DNA of 64,000 bases from a bacterium. Its GTDB lineage: Bacteria; Krumholzibacteriota; Krumholzibacteriia; LZORAL124-64-63. Positions within the stretch are counted from its first letter, which is position 1, and every line of letters starts with the position of its first letter. The notes beneath the pieces were generated by a model. The model searched no databases. It saw only the letters and a list, made by a program, of their open reading frames with translations, and was not told where the DNA came from. This document shows, in pieces, positions 58,784-64,000 of the stretch. The stretch is from the NCBI GenBank assembly GCA_031441465.1, contig JANOEP010000011.1, positions 64,001 through 128,000 on the forward strand. Reading direction: 5' to 3'. The translations under genes were made by a program, and so were the position numbers.

Positions 58784-60859
58784 ATGCTCCGCTGGACCTG
58801 TGCGTCCCTGCTTGTCGTTTGTCTGGTTTGCCGGCTCGCCGCCTCGGTCGCGGCGCAGCCGATGGCGGGCGAGGCCGGTTTCCCGGCTGCCGCTCTCGTC
58901 TCTTCTGTCGCCTTCGACCTGGCCGACCCCGAATTCCTGGCCCACACCGACACCATCACGGTCTACGGGCTGGCGGTCTCCGCCTCCCCGTTTCCCGTCG
59001 GCGACGCCACGGTCACCGTCGTGGATCTGGACGCCCCGGGTGCGCCCGGCGACCTGGCCGACCTGCTGGCCGGGGTCGCGGGGCTGCAGGTGCGGCGTTA
59101 CGGGGGACTGGGCGCCGAAGCCGTGCCCACGATTCGCGGCTCGACGTCGGCGCAGATCCAGGTGCTGGTCGACGGGCTGCCCCTGGCCGACGCCCAGGAC
59201 GGCGGCGTCGATCTCTCCCACCTGCCGCTCGCGCGCTACGCGACCGCCGAGATCTACCGCGGCTACGTGCCCGCCCGTTTCGGGGGCGGGGGAGGCGCGG
59301 GCGCCGTCAACTTCGTGACCCGCCGCGGCGCCGCCGGGAGCAGCCTGCGGCTCGGCGCCGGCTCCTTCGGCGAGGCCTCGGCACGCTGGGAACATGTCTT
59401 GGGCCTGCGCGCAGGGGCCGTCGAACTGGGTCTGCTGCTGCACGCGCGCCGCACCGACAACGGCTTCGGCTACCGCGACCACAACCAGACCTTCGCCAAC
59501 CCCGACGACGACCGCGACGCGCAGCGCCGCAACGCCGGCTGGCACGAGCACGGCGGGACCTTGTCCGGCAGCTGGTACGGACCGGACCTGCTCGCCCGCT
59601 GGCGGCTCAACGCCCTGCGGCGCGAAGGCGGCCGGCCGGGTCCGGTCGGCGGGTTCGAAAGCCCGCACGCGGCGCTGCGCCGCGACGGCAGCGACCTGCG
59701 CCTGACCCTGTCCGACCTGCCGGAGCGCCTGGCGCTCGACCTCTTCGTCGGGCGCGAGGACGAGCGCCTCGATGACCGGCTGCGCGAGGTCGGCTGGGAC
59801 CCCGCAGGCGTGACGACGTCCCGCAGCGAGCAGGCTTTCGGCCGACTCAGCTGGCGCGGATCACAGCAGGCGGGCACGGGCGCGGAGCTTCGCTGGCGAG
59901 TGAGCGCCGACGGCCGGCGTCAGTGGTACGACGAGGCGGTCCCCGGCCTGGACGACCCCCTGCGCACGCGCACGACCTTGACCGGGGCGGCCATGCTGGA
60001 GGCCTACTTCCCCGCGCCGCGGTTGACCCTGCGGCCCCAGTGGCGTTGGAGCCGGCTGGAGGACGACTTCCCGGCCCTGCCGGCCCTGCCCTGGCTGCCG
60101 CCGCCCCCGCTGACCGCGCCCCACGTCCAACGGGATGCGGAGCCCATGTTCGGTGTGACCTGGGAGGCGAAGCCCGGCACGCTCTTCTTCGAGGGGCATG
60201 TCGGCTCTTCCCTGCGCGAACCGTCCTGGGTGGAACTCTTCGGGCAACGCGGCGGCGTGCAGGGCAACCGGGAACTGGTGCCCGAGCAGATCCGCAGCCG
60301 CGATCTTTCCGCGCAGTTGCGTCCGAACCCCGACCTGCACCTGCGCCTGGCCTGGTTCCACACCGAAGTGGACCGGGCCATCCTCTGGCGCACGACCTCG
60401 CAGTACACCAGCCAGGCGTTCAACGCCGGCGCCACTTCCGCCTCGGGCGTCGAACTGGAAGTCGCGCTCGGCCGTTCGCGGGGCCCGCGACTGCAGGGCA
60501 ACCTGACGGCCCAGGACACCCGCGACCGCGGCGAGGATCCCGTCTACCAGGGCAAGGATCTGCCCTACCTGCCCGAGTTCGAGGCCGCGCTGGACGCTTC
60601 CTTGCCGCTGGGTGCCTGGCGGCTGGGGCTGAACTGGCAGCACCAGGCCGCGGCCTACCGCGACCGCTACACCGCCGCCGCCGACCGCATCCCCGTGCGC
60701 ACGCTCTGGAACGTGTCGGTGGCGCACGACTGGCGGCGGGCGGGACGCGCGCTGACCGCGTCGTTGGAGATCGTCAATCTGACCGACGCCGACGTCTACG
60801 ATGTCGCCGGTTTTCCCCTGCCGGGCCGCAGCTTCCGTGCGGGCCTCAACCTCGACTGA
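58784..60859 (+). CDS. btuB: TonB-dependent cobalamin receptor
   Basis: Plug motifs IRGS..QIQVLVDG and GAVNFVT; C-terminal NLTD...PLPGRSF; directly under the B12 riboswitch. Confidence 0.85.
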   Translation: MLRWTCASLLVVCLVCRLAASVAAQPMAGEAGFPAAALVSSVAFDLADPEFLAHTDTITVYGLAVSASPFPVGDATVTVVDLDAPGAPGDLADLLAGVAGLQVRRYGGLGAEAVPTIRGSTSAQIQVLVDGLPLADAQDGGVDLSHLPLARYATAEIYRGYVPARFGGGGGAGAVNFVTRRGAAGSSLRLGAGSFGEASARWEHVLGLRAGAVELGLLLHARRTDNGFGYRDHNQTFANPDDDRDAQRRNAGWHEHGGTLSGSWYGPDLLARWRLNALRREGGRPGPVGGFESPHAALRRDGSDLRLTLSDLPERLALDLFVGREDERLDDRLREVGWDPAGVTTSRSEQAFGRLSWRGSQQAGTGAELRWRVSADGRRQWYDEAVPGLDDPLRTRTTLTGAAMLEAYFPAPRLTLRPQWRWSRLEDDFPALPALPWLPPPPLTAPHVQRDAEPMFGVTWEAKPGTLFFEGHVGSSLREPSWVELFGQRGGVQGNRELVPEQIRSRDLSAQLRPNPDLHLRLAWFHTEVDRAILWRTTSQYTSQAFNAGATSASGVELEVALGRSRGPRLQGNLTAQDTRDRGEDPVYQGKDLPYLPEFEAALDASLPLGAWRLGLNWQHQAAAYRDRYTAAADRIPVRTLWNVSVAHDWRRAGRALTASLEIVNLTDADVYDVAGFPLPGRSFRAGLNLD

Positions 60860-60874
60860 CAAGGAGCCACCGCC

Positions 60875-62263
60875 ATGCGCCGCGCCCTCACCCTCGCCGT
60901 CCTGCCCCTGGTCTGCGCCCTGGCCGCGCCCGCCGCCGCCTGGGACGAGTTCATCGTGCTGACCACCGACTTCGCGACCTTCGGCGGCGTCACGCGCGTG
61001 GACCGCGACGCCCCGTGGTCGGCCGAGGTCGACGCGGCGACCATCTCGTCCGACGCCGTGGGCCGCTGGCACGACGGCCGCTACTTCGTCGTCAACCGCA
61101 GCGCGTCCAACATCCAGGTCCTCGACCCCGCGCAGGGCATGGCCACCGTCCTGCAGTTCAGTGTCGGGGTCGGCCGCAATCCCCAGGACATCGCATTTTC
61201 GCCGGACGGACGCGCCTTCGTCTCCTGCTACGACGAGGCCCTGCTGCTGGAAGTGGACCCCGTCGTCGGCGGCGTGGTCGGGTCGTGGTCGACCGCCGGC
61301 TTCGCCGACGCCGACGGCCTGCCCGAGACCGGTTGGATGCTGGCGGTGGGCGATCGCCTGTTCATCGCCTGCCAGCGCCTGGACCGCGACCACTGGTGGG
61401 GTCCGGTGGGACCGGGGCGGCTGCTCGTCTTCGACATGGCGACCGCCTCGTGGGACGCCCCCGTCGTGCTGACGGGAGCCAACCCGTCGCCGCCGCCGTC
61501 GCTGTCGTACGACGGCACGCACCTGCTGGTGCCGACGGTGGGTTGGTACGGCCTGCTGGACGCCGGCCTCGAGACTGTCGACCTGGCGATCCTCGGCAGC
61601 AGCGGCCTGCTGGTCACCGAGCAGAGCCTCGGCGGCGAGATCGTCGACGCCGTCTCGACCGGACCGGGGCGCGCCTGGGCGATCGTGGGCGACACGTCCT
61701 TCCACACGAAATTGAAGACCTTCGATCCCGACGGCGGCGGCACGCCCGTGACTGTTGCATCCTCGAACGGCTACGACTTCGCGGACCTCGCCTGGGACGG
61801 CGCGGACCTGATCTACCTCTGCGACCGCACGACCGGGGCCGCCGGCCTGCGCGTCTTCGACCAGTCGTCGGGCGCCGAGCTGACCACGAGCCGGATCGCC
61901 ACCGGCCGGCCGCCATTCCAGGCCGTCCTGCCCCTGGAGGCCGGCTCGACCGCGGCTCCCGTCCTGCCTCTGGCCGGCGGAGCCGTGCTGGGCGCGCCCT
62001 GGCCGAACCCGGCCAACCCGCGCACCACCTTCGTCGCCGAGACCGCCCCCGGCGATGTTGTCGCCTTCGCGGTGCTGGACCTGCGCGGCCGGCGCCTGCG
62101 CGGGGAGCGCCGTACGGCCGGCGCCAACGGCCGCGCCGTCTGGGAATTCGACGGCTGCGACCGCGACGGGCGGCCCCTGCCCTCGGGCGTCTACCAAGCA
62201 TCCGCGACCGGCGCGAGCAGCCCGGGCGTCGGCGACGCGCGCCTGTTCACCCTGGCGCGCTGA
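60875..62263 (+). CDS. Secreted beta-propeller (BtuG/YncE-like) with FlgD-like C-terminal domain
   Basis: Signal peptide; blade repeats (FVVNR..SNIQVLD, NPQDIAF, LFIACQRLD); PWPNPANP...DGRPLPSGVY. Confidence 0.7.
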   Translation: MRRALTLAVLPLVCALAAPAAAWDEFIVLTTDFATFGGVTRVDRDAPWSAEVDAATISSDAVGRWHDGRYFVVNRSASNIQVLDPAQGMATVLQFSVGVGRNPQDIAFSPDGRAFVSCYDEALLLEVDPVVGGVVGSWSTAGFADADGLPETGWMLAVGDRLFIACQRLDRDHWWGPVGPGRLLVFDMATASWDAPVVLTGANPSPPPSLSYDGTHLLVPTVGWYGLLDAGLETVDLAILGSSGLLVTEQSLGGEIVDAVSTGPGRAWAIVGDTSFHTKLKTFDPDGGGTPVTVASSNGYDFADLAWDGADLIYLCDRTTGAAGLRVFDQSSGAELTTSRIATGRPPFQAVLPLEAGSTAAPVLPLAGGAVLGAPWPNPANPRTTFVAETAPGDVVAFAVLDLRGRRLRGERRTAGANGRAVWEFDGCDRDGRPLPSGVYQASATGASSPGVGDARLFTLAR

Positions 62264-62308
62264 CCGGCCGCGCACTAGGATGGAACTCCACTTCGACCAG
62301 GAGCCGAC

Positions 62309-62932
62309 ATGACCCGCATCTACACCCGAACCGGCGACGACGGCGAGACGTCCCTCATCGGCGACGGCCGCGCGCCCAAGTCGGACGTGCGCGTCGACCT
62401 CTACGGCGAGGTGGACGAACTCAATAGCCACCTCGGACTCGCGGGCGCCCTGCTCGGCGAAGCGACGCCGCCCGCCGCAGCGCGCGACGTCGCGGCGATG
62501 CAGGTGCTGCGGCAAGAACTGGCGACGATCCAGTCGCGGTTGTTCGATCTCGGCGCCCTGCTGGCCGATCCGAAACGCAGCGAAACGCTTGCCCGGGAAG
62601 GTGCGCCGGTGCCCGGACTCGACGAGACGGATCTCGAACAGGCGATCGATCGCCTGGAAGCGGACCTCGCACCGCTGCGCCGCTTCATCCTGCCGGGCGG
62701 GACCCCGGCCGCCGCGGCCCTGCACATCGCGCGCACGGTGTGCCGGCGGGCCGAACGCCGCACCGTCGCCGCGGCGCGCGACATCGCCGTGCCCGCGGCG
62801 GTGATCCGCTACCTGAACCGCCTGAGCGATTACCTGTTCGTCGCCGCGCGCCGTCTCGACGCGGCCCACGGCGCGCCCGAGAACCTCTGGGTCCCGTACG
62901 CGCCGGACGATGAGGGCGGGAGCCGGTCGTGA
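62309..62932 (+). CDS. pduO: ATP:cob(I)alamin adenosyltransferase (PduO type)
   Basis: IYTRTGDDGET, YGEVDELNS, FILPGG, RTVCRRAER, YLNRLSDYLF. Confidence 0.95.
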   Translation: MTRIYTRTGDDGETSLIGDGRAPKSDVRVDLYGEVDELNSHLGLAGALLGEATPPAAARDVAAMQVLRQELATIQSRLFDLGALLADPKRSETLAREGAPVPGLDETDLEQAIDRLEADLAPLRRFILPGGTPAAAALHIARTVCRRAERRTVAAARDIAVPAAVIRYLNRLSDYLFVAARRLDAAHGAPENLWVPYAPDDEGGSRS

Positions 62933-64000
62933 ACGACGCCGTGCGCGAGCGGAACATCCTGCTCGTCACGTCGGTGGCTCACTTCCTGGCCCACTTCGGC
63001 CTGCTGATCTTCCCGTCCCTGGTCCTGTCGATCCAGCAGGACTGGAACCTGCCTTTCGACCGCGCGCTCGCCCTCGGCTTCTGGATGTACCTGCTGTTCG
63101 GTCTGGGCGCCCTGCCCACCGGCGTGCTGACCGACCTGTGGCGCCGTCCTCAGTTGATGATCGTCGTCTGTCTGGCCGGCATGTCCGCCTGCTCGCTGTG
63201 GGCCGGGCTGACGCGCACGGCGTCGCAACTGACCTGGGCGCTGGGCGGCCTGGGCCTGTTCGCCTCGATCTACCACCCCGCGGGCATGGGGCTGATCTCC
63301 ACCGGCGTGAAGCGCCGGGGCTGGGCGCTGGGCGTCAACGGGGTCGCCGGCAACCTCGGCGAAGTCTTCGCACCGGTCGCGGCGGGTCTGCTGGCGGTGG
63401 TGCTGGGCTGGCGCAGCGTCTACCTGATCCTGGCGGTGCCTTCGGCGGCGATGGCCGTGCTCGCCTTGCGCCTGCGGGCCGACGGCCTGTCGGCACCCGC
63501 TTCCCGGGAGGTCGCCGCGCCGCGCGGGCGCCGCCGGACCGTGCTCGTCTTTTCGCTGCTTTGCCTGGCGATGGTGTGTGGCGGGATCGCCTACCGCGGG
63601 CAGACCCTGGTGCTGCCGAAGTGGTTCCAGGAGCAGGGCGGCGCGCTGGTCGACCTCGTCGAGGGGTGGACGTGGCTGCCCCGCGCCGGCGGCCGCGTCG
63701 TGGCGGCCACGGCGCTGACCTCCCTGGCCTACCTCGTCGGCGCCCTGGGACAGGTGGTGGGCGGGCGGCTCTCCGATCGCCATGATCTGCGACGGGTCTA
63801 CTTCGGCTTCCAGGCCTGCGCCCTGCCGCTGCTGGTGCTGATGGGACAGACCTCCGGCCCGGCGTTGCTGCTCACGGCCATGGCCTACTCCTTCTTCGCC
63901 TTCGGCATGCAGCCGGCCGAAAATTCCCTGGTGGCGGCGCTCACCCCGCCGAGGCTGCGCAGCACCGGCTACGGCCTGAAGTTCGTGCTGGTGTTCGGCG
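62929..64000 (+). CDS. MFS transporter (truncated by window end)
   Basis: GTG overlaps the pduO stop; ...AHFLAHF...LFGLGALPTGVLTD...FASIYHPAG; multiple TM helices. Confidence 0.85.
   Translation, partial: MNDAVRERNILLVTSVAHFLAHFGLLIFPSLVLSIQQDWNLPFDRALALGFWMYLLFGLGALPTGVLTDLWRRPQLMIVVCLAGMSACSLWAGLTRTASQLTWALGGLGLFASIYHPAGMGLISTGVKRRGWALGVNGVAGNLGEVFAPVAAGLLAVVLGWRSVYLILAVPSAAMAVLALRLRADGLSAPASREVAAPRGRRRTVLVFSLLCLAMVCGGIAYRGQTLVLPKWFQEQGGALVDLVEGWTWLPRAGGRVVAATALTSLAYLVGALGQVVGGRLSDRHDLRRVYFGFQACALPLLVLMGQTSGPALLLTAMAYSFFAFGMQPAENSLVAALTPPRLRSTGYGLKFVLVFG

Overview
High-GC bacterial chromosomal window of about 60 genes. The lineage is inferred as FCB-like (Krumholzibacteriota/Latescibacterota/Eisenbacteria type) from FlgD-like C-terminal domains and a C-terminal TWGGIKAIYR motif. 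Housekeeping content: trxA, pepT, an OPT transporter, tpx, transketolase, an msbA-like ABC exporter, tdh, gap, pckA, prolyl oligopeptidase, a eukaryote-type citrate synthase, dus, and a B12 uptake system with a cobalamin riboswitch. The main candidate system is extracellular electron transfer. It comprises (i) a tightly coupled five-gene operon at 6000-12535 (heme b-type membrane protein, 20-heme and 13-heme c cytochromes, outer-membrane beta-barrel, membrane-anchored ferredoxin/NAD(P)H flavoprotein) and (ii) a stand-alone hexaheme homolog of the Geobacter nanowire cytochrome OmcS at 47943-49061. Also notable: an unannotated CxxU selenoprotein with a SECIS hairpin, a likely pseudo-GAPDH coupled to a canonical GAPDH, an IS whose inverted repeats overlap the stop codons of both neighbours, a symmetric sigma54 site with nested palindromic enhancer sites, and two multi-hairpin intergenic elements. 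All calls come from reading motifs by eye; no database searches were run.
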